A stretch of DNA of 61,991 nt, filler included, from Nitrospinota bacterium (GTDB taxonomy: Bacteria > JAUXIQ01): the NCBI GenBank assembly GCA_030620925.1. It is 15 parts of 15 records of this genome, joined end to end, with 100 filler letters (N's around TTAATTAATTAA, not from the genome) between each part and the next. Parts side by side here need not be neighbours in the genome. Positions count along the whole stretch, not along the records: positions 1 to 8,345 come from JAUXIQ010000069.1; positions 8,446 to 11,484 come from JAUXIQ010000370.1; 13 more parts are not named here. One strand, written 5' to 3'. A model generated the notes under the pieces. That model saw only the letters and a program-made list of their open reading frames with translations, was not told the origin of the DNA and searched no databases. Below, piece by piece: positions 1 through 9,787 of this stretch (its first letter is position 1; each line of letters begins with the position of its first letter). The position numbers and the translations under genes are program-made.

Positions 1-534
1 ATGCCCTGCCAGGGTATCCTCCACTGAGCCGTCGATGAGGATGTAGACCCTCTTTACGCCGTCGATGTTTACCGCTACAGTGTTGACGATTGAGTAGACT
101 GTGAGTGCTTCCGCCCAGGTGCTGTGCACGTGATTTTGCTTCAGCTCGGGGCTGAAGTCGAGGTATGCCCCTCCCCGGCCGTCCAGATAGGCGTTCAACA
201 GTCTGGTGCCTTCCGGGATGGTGCTGGCACCACCGTCCTCGGGTCCTTTGAGAATCTCCTCCATGAGGAAAGAGAGAAGTTCGTGAGGGTCAAGGCCAGG
301 GGGTATTAACCGATTATCTGCATAAAGGAATCTACTCTCGGCTGAGGGTAAGAAGATGGTTGCCTCGAGGAAATTTTCTTCATCAATTTTTTCCTTTTGT
401 CTCAGGCTGGGGAGGGGTAACTCGGTGATTACGCGCTTAACCGTCTCTCGGCCCCAATCACTCCAGCTGAACAGAGTATATACCGTGCCCGTGGTCACAA
501 TAAGAACCACTACGAAGACCACTAATTTCTTCAA
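1..534 (-). CDS. GerMN domain protein with N-terminal membrane anchor (3' end runs off the window)
   Basis: Not in the ORF track. Manual translation from TTG 534: LKKLVVFVVVLIV...EEILKGPE...IPEGTRLL...AYLDFS...VYSIVNTV...VKRVYILIDG...TLAGH. Start overlaps the amidase stop. Confidence 0.85.
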   Translation of the reverse strand, partial: MKKLVVFVVVLIVTTGTVYTLFSWSDWGRETVKRVITELPLPSLRQKEKIDEENFLEATIFLPSAESRFLYADNRLIPPGLDPHELLSFLMEEILKGPEDGGASTIPEGTRLLNAYLDGRGGAYLDFSPELKQNHVHSTWAEALTVYSIVNTVAVNIDGVKRVYILIDGSVEDTLAGH

Positions 535-1427
535 GGTTGCTTTCTTGTTAATAAAAGTATCTCCTTGTACTGTTTGATGCCTTTGTATATGGCTACCGCC
601 AACCGGTTAATCTGCTCCTGGTTTTGCAGCTCCATTTCGGTGGACAGGTTTGTTATGTACCCCACTTCAATTTCCAGCGAAGGCATGTTCACGCCGCTGA
701 GGGTCAGCATCGGCAGTTCTCTTGCAACAACCTCGCCGTCCATTTCCCGGGTTAAATTGAGCTGGATGAGTCTCCCCAGTAGCCTGCTCATGGGGAGGTA
801 GTCCAACTGCACCGTATCCCATTCGATAATATCCTCCCTTTTCCGGCGTGGAGACTTCCTGGAGCCCGACCGGGCAGATGTAAGGGAGGTATCCCCGGAG
901 TCGGTGGGTAAGAAAATTTCTATACCTTTTACTTTTCTATCTGCTGCCGCCGATGTATGTATGCTTATAAACAGGTCGGCCCTGAAGCCGTTGGCGATGC
1001 CTGCTCTCTGTTGGGGGTTCAGGGTCGAATCGTCGTTTCTGGTCAAAAAGACACGGCTGCCGAGACCGGTCTGCAACAGTTTTTTTAGTGTTATGGCTAT
1101 CCTCAGGGTAACTTCTTTCTCCTGCATACCCGATGGACCCAGGGCTCCGGCGTCTATACCGCCATGCCCGGGGTCTATTACTATGGTGTTGAGCGATGCA
1201 AGGCGATCGGGAATTTTGAGTGAAGCGGCCTTAGACGTTTTTCCTGTGTCGTAAGGCCTGCCAAAGTGTATTACGCCGGAGAAGGGTTTATAATCAGTTG
1301 CGGTTCCCCCCTTCGCCTGTGGATAAATGGCGAGCGTTAATAGCAAAACCGACACACTGATGACCCCTTTTAGGTTAAAATGCCTTTCCTTTTGGGCGCC
1401 GGCTTCTTTCCTGGATATCCTGGACAT
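531..1427 (-). CDS. N-acetylmuramoyl-L-alanine amidase (Amidase_3, AmiC-like)
   Basis: Motifs IVIDPGHGG, EKEVTL, LFISIH, EIEVGYITN. Hydrophobic N-terminal segment. AGGAG precedes ATG 1427; alternative start 1445. Confidence 0.9.
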   Translation of the reverse strand: MSRISRKEAGAQKERHFNLKGVISVSVLLLTLAIYPQAKGGTATDYKPFSGVIHFGRPYDTGKTSKAASLKIPDRLASLNTIVIDPGHGGIDAGALGPSGMQEKEVTLRIAITLKKLLQTGLGSRVFLTRNDDSTLNPQQRAGIANGFRADLFISIHTSAAADRKVKGIEIFLPTDSGDTSLTSARSGSRKSPRRKREDIIEWDTVQLDYLPMSRLLGRLIQLNLTREMDGEVVARELPMLTLSGVNMPSLEIEVGYITNLSTEMELQNQEQINRLAVAIYKGIKQYKEILLLTRKQP

Positions 1428-1550
1428 TATTCTCCTGATCGACATTCTGTTGAACTGGATTTGTCTGTGTTGTTGGCTACTAAATTAGGGTATGCGGGCC
1501 AAAAAATCAAGGAAAACAGGAAGCGGAGTCGCAGCCGTTTCCGTGCGGGG

Positions 1551-2456
1551 TCAAAAAAGACTGCGCTGAGGGTCGGGCTCCTCACCCTTACTTTCCTCTT
1601 CTTCCGCCATTTTTTTGAGCTCCGGGAACGCCTTAAGCAGGCTCGCCGGTGCTTTGACCCTCTCGCCGATGAGCATGCTCTTGAGCTGCAGCGCGTTGCA
1701 GGCGGCCTGGCCACTGAAATGGTTGTTGGTTATTACGAAGGTATCCTTGGCTTTGAGAGATATATTGACGATCTTCTCGGCCCAGGGGGCCAGCTCTTCT
1801 TTGGAGTAGAGGTAGTTGTAGCGCTCATCCCTTCCGGCTTCTTCCCTGAACCAGTCCTTGTAGTTCTGGCCGTGGAGCCGCACGTAGCCTATCATTGCGG
1901 CGTGCCGCTGGGCCGGTTTAAGAGAGCTGTGGAAAAGAGGCTGGTCTATGTTGCAGAAACTCACGCCCTCCTGTTTGAGAAACTGATAGACGTCTGCTCT
2001 GTCCCAGGAGGCATGCCGGACTTCGAGCGCCCTGGGATAATCATTAAAAGTTTTGAGCAGTTCTTCAAGGTAGCGCCTGTTTTCAGGCACGTTCTTGAAG
2101 GACCAGGGGAACTGAAGCAAAAGACAGCCCAGGAGCTCCCTTTCAGCAAGAGGGTCTATACCCGATTTGAATGTCAGCACGTCCTTATCGCTGATACCTT
2201 CTCGCTGGTGAGTGAACTTCTGCCACAGCTTGAGTGTGAACCTGAAATTCGGGTTGAAGAGCACCCTTGGCGCCCAGCCAGCGCTCACCCCGGGTGTCAG
2301 CGGCCGGTAGAAGGTAACGTTTATTTCGATCACATCGAAATACCGCGCCAGGTAAGCCAGGCGGTCGAATTTTCTGCCCGCGGACGCCGGATAGACCGTG
2401 CCCTCCCAGTCCTCATAGGACCATCCTGCCGTGCCGACCCTGATAGAGTGTTCCAT
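1551..2456 (-). CDS. DUF72 (YecE-like) protein
   Basis: Motifs IRVGTAGWSYEDW, IEINVTFYR, LLLQFPWSF, LEVRHASW, YVRLHG, RYNYLYS, TNNH. Confidence 0.92.
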   Translation of the reverse strand: MEHSIRVGTAGWSYEDWEGTVYPASAGRKFDRLAYLARYFDVIEINVTFYRPLTPGVSAGWAPRVLFNPNFRFTLKLWQKFTHQREGISDKDVLTFKSGIDPLAERELLGCLLLQFPWSFKNVPENRRYLEELLKTFNDYPRALEVRHASWDRADVYQFLKQEGVSFCNIDQPLFHSSLKPAQRHAAMIGYVRLHGQNYKDWFREEAGRDERYNYLYSKEELAPWAEKIVNISLKAKDTFVITNNHFSGQAACNALQLKSMLIGERVKAPASLLKAFPELKKMAEEEESKGEEPDPQRSLF

Positions 2457-2498
2457 AACAATTATAAATATAGGTTCCTGAGCCCATTTAATTCAGAC

Positions 2499-3329
2499 TT
2501 ATTCGGCGAGTTTTTCCACTAATGCACCCAGGTCGAGCTCTGCCTCACGAGTCTGGCCGCCAATCTCCATGAATCTGACCATCCTCCGCTCTGTCTCCGG
2601 TGCCGCCAGCGTCTGATTGAAGTAGTGGGCTTCTTCGATGAGACCTTCCACTATGGGCAGCTCCGTTGCGTTTACCGAGGCTTTGGCCAGGGCGATGGCC
2701 TCGGCCGGAAATGAGGCGATCCGATAAGCGAGACGTTCCACGAAGGGCGTTAGCTCATCGGGAGGCAATGCGCGGTTGATGTAGCCGTAGCGTTCGGCGA
2801 GATCGGCGGGGAAATCCTCGCAGCCCATCACGATTTCCATCGCCCGGCCCCGCCCCGTCAGGCGGGGGAGCCGCTGGGTGCCTGAGCCTCCGGGGAGTAT
2901 TCCCAGAGCCACCTCCGGCTGGCTCAATACCGCCCGGCCCAGGGCCCCGAAGCGCATGTCCAGCGAGAGGGCGAACTCGCTGCCACCTCCTCGGGCGCGG
3001 CCTTCCAGCTTGGCTATGCTCACCTTGGGCATGGTTCGGTATCGCTCGAAAATTTTATGGACGGCCCCCAGGGTGTCGGCTTTGGGGGGAACTTCTGTGG
3101 GCATTTGCTGTATCAATGCGATGTCCGCGTGGGCGATGAAGAACTCCGGGTTGGCGCTGTCGAACACTACCACCCGCACTTCGTCGTCGGCCTCGATCTC
3201 TTTCCCTACACGGTTGATCTCACGGAAAAGTTCGCGATCGAACAGGTTAATGGGCGGGTTGTCGATGGTAACGAAGGCAACGCCGCGGTCTATTCGTATC
3301 TTGAGGCACTGGTAATTTTCGTAAGACAT
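2499..3329 (-). CDS. Enoyl-CoA hydratase/isomerase family protein
   Basis: Motifs VTIDNPPINL, FFIAHAD, ARGGGSEFAL, QPEVALGILPGGSGTQRL. Confidence 0.92.
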   Translation of the reverse strand: MSYENYQCLKIRIDRGVAFVTIDNPPINLFDRELFREINRVGKEIEADDEVRVVVFDSANPEFFIAHADIALIQQMPTEVPPKADTLGAVHKIFERYRTMPKVSIAKLEGRARGGGSEFALSLDMRFGALGRAVLSQPEVALGILPGGSGTQRLPRLTGRGRAMEIVMGCEDFPADLAERYGYINRALPPDELTPFVERLAYRIASFPAEAIALAKASVNATELPIVEGLIEEAHYFNQTLAAPETERRMVRFMEIGGQTREAELDLGALVEKLAE

Positions 3330-3574
3330 TTCTTCTCTCCCCGAGGTTGTTGTTCGATAATCCTATACTGGAGGTTCACACACCCTGTTAAAGAAGCTTC
3401 TCTTTATCCTGTAGGAAAAAAAATTTTGTTTTTCCCTCTGAATTTGCTATAATCCCGTCCACCGTTTTTCCTTGTATACACAACAACAACGGGTATGATA
3501 GCTAAAATTTCATATTCCATAAAGCATATATTTGCGGGGAGAGCGAAGAGATTCATTTTAAGGGGGGGGTAACC

Positions 3575-4645
3575 ATGTATGCCTCTATACCAATAACCCG
3601 GGCTGAAACGCTTAAGGAACACCCTCGAGACGATGAGCTCAGTTTCGGGGAAATCTTTACCGACCACATGCTGCTCATGGATTACAACCTCGCAGACGGA
3701 TGGAATAACCCGCGCATAGAACCCTACCAGGCAATAGCATTAGAACCTGCGGCCACAATTTTGCACTATGCCCAGGCGGTCTTCGAGGGGTTGAAGGCAT
3801 TCCGGACGACAGACGGCCGCATTACCCTTTTCCGTCCCCGGGAATATATGCAGCGTTTAACCAGATCTTGCGAAAGGCTCTGCATACCCCTCCTTGAGCC
3901 AGACCTGGCTCTCCACTGCATCATGGAACTGGTGAAGCTGGAAAGCTCCTGGGTTCCCTCAAGCTTCGGCACATCTCTTTACGTGAGGCCCTTCATTATC
4001 GCCACCGACAACCATCTGGGTGTCCGGCCTTCTGAGACCTATCGTTTCATGATTATCCTTTCCCCAGTGGGGGCATACTACGCCGAGGGTTTCAATCCGG
4101 TATCCATAACGGTTTCAGACGAGTTCGTCCGCGCCGTGAAGGGGGGCACTGGAGACGCCAAGACGCCGGGCAACTACGCCGCCAGTCTGCTGGCCTCGGC
4201 GCAGGCCAAGAAGGAGGGATACGCTCAGGTGCTCTGGCTCGACGGCAGGGAAAGAAAATATGTCGATGAAGTGGGGACCATGAACATCTTCTTCGTTATA
4301 GACAGCGCACTGATCACACCTCCGCTGGGCGGAGCGATCCTGGACGGGGTAACGCGCAAATCGGTTATCCAGCTTGCCCAAGAATGGGGTATGCCTGTCA
4401 AGGAGCGCATGGTCTCCATAGATGAAGTCATGGAGGCCGGACAGAGCGGAGCCCTCACCGAGGTTTTCGGCAGCGGGACGGCGGCGGTTGTCTCGCCGGT
4501 GGGTAAACTTCATTATAAAGGTACGGTGTTGGCCATCAACGATGGAAAGGTGGGCGAGTTCTCACAGCGCCTCTTTGAAGAGATAACCAGCATCCAATAC
4601 GGGAAAATACCCGACCGACTGGGCTGGAACCTGGAAGTCTGCTGA
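3575..4645 (+). CDS. ilvE: Branched-chain amino acid aminotransferase
   Basis: Motifs LHYAQAVFEGLKA, LYVRP, AKTPGNY, EVGTMNIF, ILDGVTRKS, EVFGSGTAA. Extended -10 TGCTATAAT upstream at about 3445-3453. Confidence 0.95.
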   Translation: MYASIPITRAETLKEHPRDDELSFGEIFTDHMLLMDYNLADGWNNPRIEPYQAIALEPAATILHYAQAVFEGLKAFRTTDGRITLFRPREYMQRLTRSCERLCIPLLEPDLALHCIMELVKLESSWVPSSFGTSLYVRPFIIATDNHLGVRPSETYRFMIILSPVGAYYAEGFNPVSITVSDEFVRAVKGGTGDAKTPGNYAASLLASAQAKKEGYAQVLWLDGRERKYVDEVGTMNIFFVIDSALITPPLGGAILDGVTRKSVIQLAQEWGMPVKERMVSIDEVMEAGQSGALTEVFGSGTAAVVSPVGKLHYKGTVLAINDGKVGEFSQRLFEEITSIQYGKIPDRLGWNLEVC

Positions 4646-4747
4646 GCTGACACTGGCGCTTTCCGGTTGAATATTACAGCTATTCTTAAACAGGAGCGTT
4701 CAGCGAGGTTATCCTGCTAAATCCTAGAAAGAATTTGAGGACTGACG

Positions 4748-5521
4748 ATGAACCGTATGTATGATCATTTTTCTAATCTTTCCACATCTTACAATGATTT
4801 GCGTACCACAGATCATGAGCCTATCCTGTTCATACGAGAAAAACTGGCCGGGAATGACAAAATTCTGGGCGTCGATATCGGCTGTGGCGGCGGACGATAC
4901 GATCTGCTCCTTCTTCAAAACCTGCCCGGACTCCACCTGATCTGCGGTGATATTAATGATGCCATGCTAGAAGAAACCTCCAGATATCTTAAAAGTCATA
5001 ACCAGGAAAATTTTTCGGTCCATCGAGGCGATGCGTCAGATTTGCGATTACCCGACAATGAGTTGGACTTCATCATCACGTTCAACGCCATACATCATTT
5101 CGATCCTGTTTTGTTCCTCGATAAGGCCGAAAAAGCATTGAAAAAAGGGGGTTGCCTGTTTGTCTATACACGTCTTAAAAATCAGAACGCACGAAATATA
5201 TGGGGTAGATTTTTCTTGAATTTCAAAGAAAAGGAGAATCGCCTTCATGATTTTTCCCGGATAGAAGAATGGCCGGAGCAGGTTGAATCCTTATCACTAG
5301 AAGAAATCCGATTCTTCAGGTTTAAGCGCGCCGCTTCGTTAACATACCTTCTTCAACAAGCTGAAAATAAGCATTATTCCACTTTCTCTCTTTACACCGA
5401 TGACGAATTCAAAGAAGCATTAAATGTCTTCAAGCAGCAGATCGAGAGCCATTTTTCAGAGGTTGAGCGAGTAGAGTGGATTGATGAAAATATAATGATC
5501 GTTTTTCGTAAAGACACATAA
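4748..5521 (+). CDS. Class I SAM-dependent methyltransferase
   Basis: Motif I VDIGCGGGR, GDASDL, FNAIHHF. Visibly AT-richer than its neighbours. Confidence 0.88.
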   Translation: MNRMYDHFSNLSTSYNDLRTTDHEPILFIREKLAGNDKILGVDIGCGGGRYDLLLLQNLPGLHLICGDINDAMLEETSRYLKSHNQENFSVHRGDASDLRLPDNELDFIITFNAIHHFDPVLFLDKAEKALKKGGCLFVYTRLKNQNARNIWGRFFLNFKEKENRLHDFSRIEEWPEQVESLSLEEIRFFRFKRAASLTYLLQQAENKHYSTFSLYTDDEFKEALNVFKQQIESHFSEVERVEWIDENIMIVFRKDT

Positions 5522-5721
5522 ATACGGATTTAACTTACGAAAAAAGTAGACCTAAAGTGATTTTGTATAACGGCTCAAAGGTTTTTCCAGTTTTTTTGAT
5601 ATGAGGCCTGGATCATCTCTAAAATTGTAAGAATTACTGTCAAAATGGACTTAGCCTTCCTGTAATAATTTTCTATTATATTTGGGATATCGTCCTCATC
5701 TAAAAAGACTCTCTCAGAAAT

Positions 5722-6495
5722 TTAGCTTTCCAGGATGGCCACGGCCCGGACCCAGCCGCCACTGGCCTGATGCACCTTAATGGGGAAGAGGGCCACTTTG
5801 AAGCCGAAGGGCACCGGTATCTGATCCAGGTTGGCCATATTTTCTACGTGCATGTACTCCCTCTCCCGGCCCACAAAGTGGGCCTCCCAGAGCTGGTCTT
5901 TATCGCCCTTCTTGAAGTCTTCCACCATGAGGTCGAAGGGGCGGTCCCACCCCCAGGCGTCGATGCCGGTTATCTTGATCCCCTGGTCGATGAGCCAGTG
6001 CGTGGCTTCTGCGGTGACGCCGCAGTGCATCAGGTCGTATCCCTGCTCTTCGTAATGTTTGGTGGTGTCCGTGCGGATGAGGACGATGTCGTAAGGTTTC
6101 AGGGTGTAGTCGATTTTTTTCAGGGCCTCTTTGAGGTCTCCGCTGGTCAATGCTTCCCCTTTGCCCTTGTGGGTGAAATCCAGGAGCACGCCGTCGGCGT
6201 AGCACCATTCCAGCGGTATCTGGTCTATCCTCTTTGCGGGTTTGCCTTCGCTGGTGTCCCAGAAATGGTAGGTGGCATCCAGATGGGTTCCGCAGTGGGT
6301 GATGGCTGTAACCCGCTCAAAGGAAGCGAACTTCCCTTCGTTCAGCTCGGAGGGTTCTATGCCGAACATCTCCTTTGAGGCCTGTGCACCTGCCCGGTGA
6401 TCGACGTATTCTATCTGCACGGCCATGGGTTGGTTGGGGAGCTCTTTGAACGGCACGCTGAGGTCTATTATCCTGAGGTTATCCCTGTTTATCAT
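5722..6495 (-). CDS. Cyclase family metal hydrolase (kynurenine formamidase-like)
   Basis: Motifs IIDLS, THCGTHLDA, DIVLIRT, GIDAWGWD, ENMANL. Confidence 0.9.
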   Translation of the reverse strand: MINRDNLRIIDLSVPFKELPNQPMAVQIEYVDHRAGAQASKEMFGIEPSELNEGKFASFERVTAITHCGTHLDATYHFWDTSEGKPAKRIDQIPLEWCYADGVLLDFTHKGKGEALTSGDLKEALKKIDYTLKPYDIVLIRTDTTKHYEEQGYDLMHCGVTAEATHWLIDQGIKITGIDAWGWDRPFDLMVEDFKKGDKDQLWEAHFVGREREYMHVENMANLDQIPVPFGFKVALFPIKVHQASGGWVRAVAILES

Positions 6496-6701
6496 GTTTC
6501 AACCCTCCTCGTCTAACGGCTCTGGATGAACGCGGGAAAAAATGGTATCGGACGGATACGATATTATATTTATTGGTCTGCGACTTTTCAACACAAAATG
6601 GGCTTCCTTTCGGTTCTTATCTATGTATAATAGTAGACAAATATTTCCTTTATTTAATAGGGTTGGGGGGGATACGGGTGACATTGCAAGATTATGGATA
6701 A

Positions 6702-8255
6702 ATGGATAAAGAGTTCGTACCATATCATTTAAGACCCAACTATAAGTGGGTGGTGAGCGGGTTCATGGTGCTTGGGGGCTTCATATATGCCATGGATCAG
6801 ACCATCGTGAGCATTGCCATCCCCCAGCTCATGGCCTCCTTCAGCACCAACCTGGAAAAAATCCAGTGGGTCACCACCGCCTATATGCTGGGCATGGCCG
6901 TGCTCATGCCCTCCACGGGCTGGCTGGGCGAGCGCCTGGGCCACCGCACCCTGTTTGTGGGCTCCACCCTGCTGTTCACTTTCGCCTCCGCCCTCTGCGG
7001 CATGGCCTGGAGTGTCAACTCCCTGATAGTCTTTCGCGCCCTCCAGGGTGCCGGCGGCGGTGCCTTGATGCCCATAGCCATGGTCGTTTTCTTCGAGATT
7101 TTCCCCGAGGAGCAGCGGGGAGTGGCAATGGGTATTTTCGCTTTCACTTCTGTGATGGGCCCGGCCTTCGGCCCGGTTATCGGGGGCTATTTCATCGAGG
7201 AGCTGACCTGGCGGCTCATCTTCTACATAAACATCCCCCTGGGCCTGATCAGCGCCATAGGCATCTGGGTGGTGCTGAAAGAGACGCCGCGCAAGAAGGG
7301 GGGGAAATTCGATGCGCTTGGCCTGGTCACCATGACCATTTTCCTCACTTCGCTTCTCATTATTCTCGTCAAGGGGCAGCAGAAGGGCTGGCATTCCGAT
7401 TACATCATAACCATGATGGCCATATTCGCAATATCCATCACTCTCTTCTTCTTCGTGGAGCTGAGGAACAAGACCCCCTTCGTGGACATAAAGGTTTTTA
7501 AAAATTCGCTTTTCACCATGGCCGCGGCCCTTTCCTTCGTCGTGGGGGTGGGCTACTACGGGACATACTTCATAGTGCCCGTCTTCCTGCAGAGCATCCT
7601 GGGCTACACGGCGATACAGGCGGGGTTTATTCAGCTTCCGGGGGTGCTGATATTCGGCGCCGCTCTCTTCTTATCCGGGGCGGTGAGCAATAAGACCAGC
7701 CCCCGGTTATTAGTACTCATGGGCCTGACGGTAATGGCCGCCGGGCTTTACTGGCTCTCCTACATCAACCTGCAGACCAGTACGGGCATGATTAACGTCA
7801 TGCTCATCGTTCGCGGTGCGGGGATCGGGCTGTTGATGACTCCGCTGCTCATGTCGGCCCTGGGCACGCTCCCACCGGAGCAGATGTCCATGGGCTCGGG
7901 GGTATTCAACATCATCCGCTACCTGGGGGGAGCCATCGGCATCGCCAGCATGGACACCATAATCGAGCGGAGTGAGCTCACATACCTCGCCCGCTATTCA
8001 GAGCATCAACTGTACGACTCATACGCCACCAGCACGTTTATGTCTTCGATCAAAGGGCTCTTCGTGCAACTGGGTGACCCGGCGATTCTGGCCCAGCAGA
8101 AATCACTGGAGCTGCTCAGAATGATGATGAGTCGTGAGGCGCTCTTATCCGCCTTCAGCGACGTTTACCTTATGGTGGGCCTGCTCATCATGGCCACCAT
8201 TATACCCGCGGTTTTCCTGCGCTTCAGTCCGCCGAAGTCATCGGCGGCGGATTGA
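6702..8255 (+). CDS. DHA2 family MFS efflux permease (EmrB/QacA-like)
   Basis: Motifs DQTIVSIAIP, WVTTAYML, RALQGAGGG, GPAFGPVIGG, WRLIFYINIP; many TM helices. Confidence 0.93.
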   Translation: MDKEFVPYHLRPNYKWVVSGFMVLGGFIYAMDQTIVSIAIPQLMASFSTNLEKIQWVTTAYMLGMAVLMPSTGWLGERLGHRTLFVGSTLLFTFASALCGMAWSVNSLIVFRALQGAGGGALMPIAMVVFFEIFPEEQRGVAMGIFAFTSVMGPAFGPVIGGYFIEELTWRLIFYINIPLGLISAIGIWVVLKETPRKKGGKFDALGLVTMTIFLTSLLIILVKGQQKGWHSDYIITMMAIFAISITLFFFVELRNKTPFVDIKVFKNSLFTMAAALSFVVGVGYYGTYFIVPVFLQSILGYTAIQAGFIQLPGVLIFGAALFLSGAVSNKTSPRLLVLMGLTVMAAGLYWLSYINLQTSTGMINVMLIVRGAGIGLLMTPLLMSALGTLPPEQMSMGSGVFNIIRYLGGAIGIASMDTIIERSELTYLARYSEHQLYDSYATSTFMSSIKGLFVQLGDPAILAQQKSLELLRMMMSREALLSAFSDVYLMVGLLIMATIIPAVFLRFSPPKSSAAD

Positions 8256-8345
8256 TGCTCTTAAGAGATGGAAATTCTTATGGGATATGTTATAAACCGA
8301 TTTTTTTGAGGAGGTTTTCTGCGGCTGTTACGCTCGGTGAGGAGG

Positions 8346-8445
8346 NNNNNNNNNNNNNNNNNNNNNNNNNNNNNNNNNNNNNNNNNNNNTTAATTAATTA
8401 ANNNNNNNNNNNNNNNNNNNNNNNNNNNNNNNNNNNNNNNNNNNN
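8346..8445. other. Artificial contig spacer (N44-TTAATTAATTAA-N44), first of 14
   Basis: Identical 100-nt spacers at 8346-8445, 11485-11584, 14319-14418, 17221-17320, 21677-21776, 25008-25107, 28448-28547, 32586-32685, 37056-37155, 40872-40971, 44463-44562, 47284-47383, 54231-54330 and 57846-57945. The core gives stops in all six frames and genes are cut at the spacers. Confidence 0.98.
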
Positions 8446-8978
8446 TCCGCGATCCATTTGTACGTCCTCACCTCGCCGAAAGGGATGCCTGCGGCGGCTT
8501 CGAGCACTTCCTGTTGAAGCGCGTTGCGTTCCCCCAGGTCCACAGGAAGCTGGAAGACAGACCGCTCACCCCGGAAGTATTCAGACAGTTGATCGTGTGC
8601 TCTCGCCGCCAGTTCAGACGATGCGCCGATTTGAAGGGTATGGAACGTAACCCCCTGCGCTTCAGTCCGGCCCCTAAAAGACAGACGCTTTATGCCTCTG
8701 GGAGAAATCTCGAGGTAGACATCGAGTCCGGCGGTCTCACCTGCATCCAGTGTTTCGGCGGCTTTCAGATGAGCCATCACATTTTCTTTCAAGCCGGCTG
8801 GGGCTTTCTCCGGGGACATGAGAGAAGCGAGGTCTTCTTCAAATCGCTGCCACTTTTCCCGGTATTTCCGGCACCGACCACAGCTTTGGAGGTGCTTGTT
8901 TAGAGCGGTATACTTTCTCTCCCTGAAGCTATGCAGGGTGAGGTTTTCGAGTGTCGTCTGAAACTGTTTGCAGTCCAT
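8446..8978 (-). CDS. Zinc-finger (zf-HC2/ZAS) anti-sigma domain fused to methylated-DNA-protein-cysteine methyltransferase (Ogt/ATL-like); 3' truncated by contig end
   Basis: N-terminus MDC...HLQSCGRC (C...HxxxCxxC). C-terminal part DQLSEYFRGERSVFQLPVDL...QQEVLEA...IPFGEVRTYKWIA is typical of Ogt. Confidence 0.85.
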
Positions 8979-8982
8979 GGCG

Positions 8983-9531
8983 CTACCTCATTAACCCTTG
9001 AAGGTGTTCGCGCAAGAGTGTTTTTGCGCGGCGCAACCTACCCTTTACGGTGTGCACCGATATGCCCCGAGCCTTTGCGACCTCTACGTAAGACAGCCCT
9101 TCCATGTAGCAGAGGACAAGCGCTATTCGTTCTTCCAGCGGCACCCTGGCCAGTGCGGAGTGCAGGGTCCGACGGCGCTCGGTTTGTTCTAAATCTTTAA
9201 CGGGTGAACCGGGTGCGATTAAATTTTCCAGGGCCGTCTCAGATGCGGGCTTTCGCCGCTGCCGGCGTCTGTACTCATCGATGCATATGTTGGTTAAGAC
9301 CCTATAAAGCCAGTAGCTTAAGCGCCGTTTCGGGTTGAAGGTCTTTCGCTTCTGCCATATCTGTAAGAACGCCTGCTGGACGGCGTCCTGTGCATCGTGA
9401 GGTTGCTGCAAGATTTTCAGTGCGATTGTATACAGGCGATCCTGATAGCGCTGCATCAGGGCCTCGAAAGCATCCTGGTCTCCCTGCTGAATACGGGCGA
9501 ATATGGTCTCGTCGCTGCAGTCCACCGGCAC
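8983..9531 (-). CDS. ECF RNA polymerase sigma factor
   Basis: Region 2 (GDQDAFEALMQRY, DAQDAVQQAFL, WLYRVLTNICID) and region 4 (EGLSYVEVA...TVKGRLRRAK). Confidence 0.93.
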   Translation of the reverse strand: MPVDCSDETIFARIQQGDQDAFEALMQRYQDRLYTIALKILQQPHDAQDAVQQAFLQIWQKRKTFNPKRRLSYWLYRVLTNICIDEYRRRQRRKPASETALENLIAPGSPVKDLEQTERRRTLHSALARVPLEERIALVLCYMEGLSYVEVAKARGISVHTVKGRLRRAKTLLREHLQGLMR

Positions 9532-9543
9532 TATTCCATTACT

Positions 9544-9571
9544 TTAACGCTGACGCTCAGTCCAAAGTCTC
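9544..9571 (-). promoter_or_regulatory. Candidate autoregulatory ECF promoter (GAGACT-16nt-CGTTAA)
   Basis: Minus strand gagact-ttggactgagcgtcag-cgttaa just upstream of the sigma start; resembles the generic ECF -35/-10 layout. Confidence 0.3.
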
Positions 9572-9787
9572 TCATCTTTTTATACGATACAGCGAGGGAA
9601 AAGGGTAAGTCTATTTTTTTCTTAATAAGTTCTGCTCGCCCATTTATAATTCACAGGATACCCCTGAAAGTGTCCGGCATTTAAGACAGGATAAAGAAAC
9701 AGGGGGGAGTCGCTGACAAGTAGGGCGAGGGATATGTCGCCTCGCTCGGTTTTTCTGGTGATCGAAAACTGTTCAGGAGGTAAGAGA

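Noticed and set aside
1380-2522. 380-aa plus-strand ORF and similar long ORFs (17940-18839, 52383-53624, 45996-46823, 39556-40287)
   Set aside because: Antisense shadows of well-supported genes in GC-rich DNA, with no recognisable motifs.
4640-4680. ilvE ends Cys-TGA, a possible CU terminus
   Set aside because: The protein is already full length, and only a weak hairpin at the wrong distance follows, unlike the two accepted SECIS candidates.
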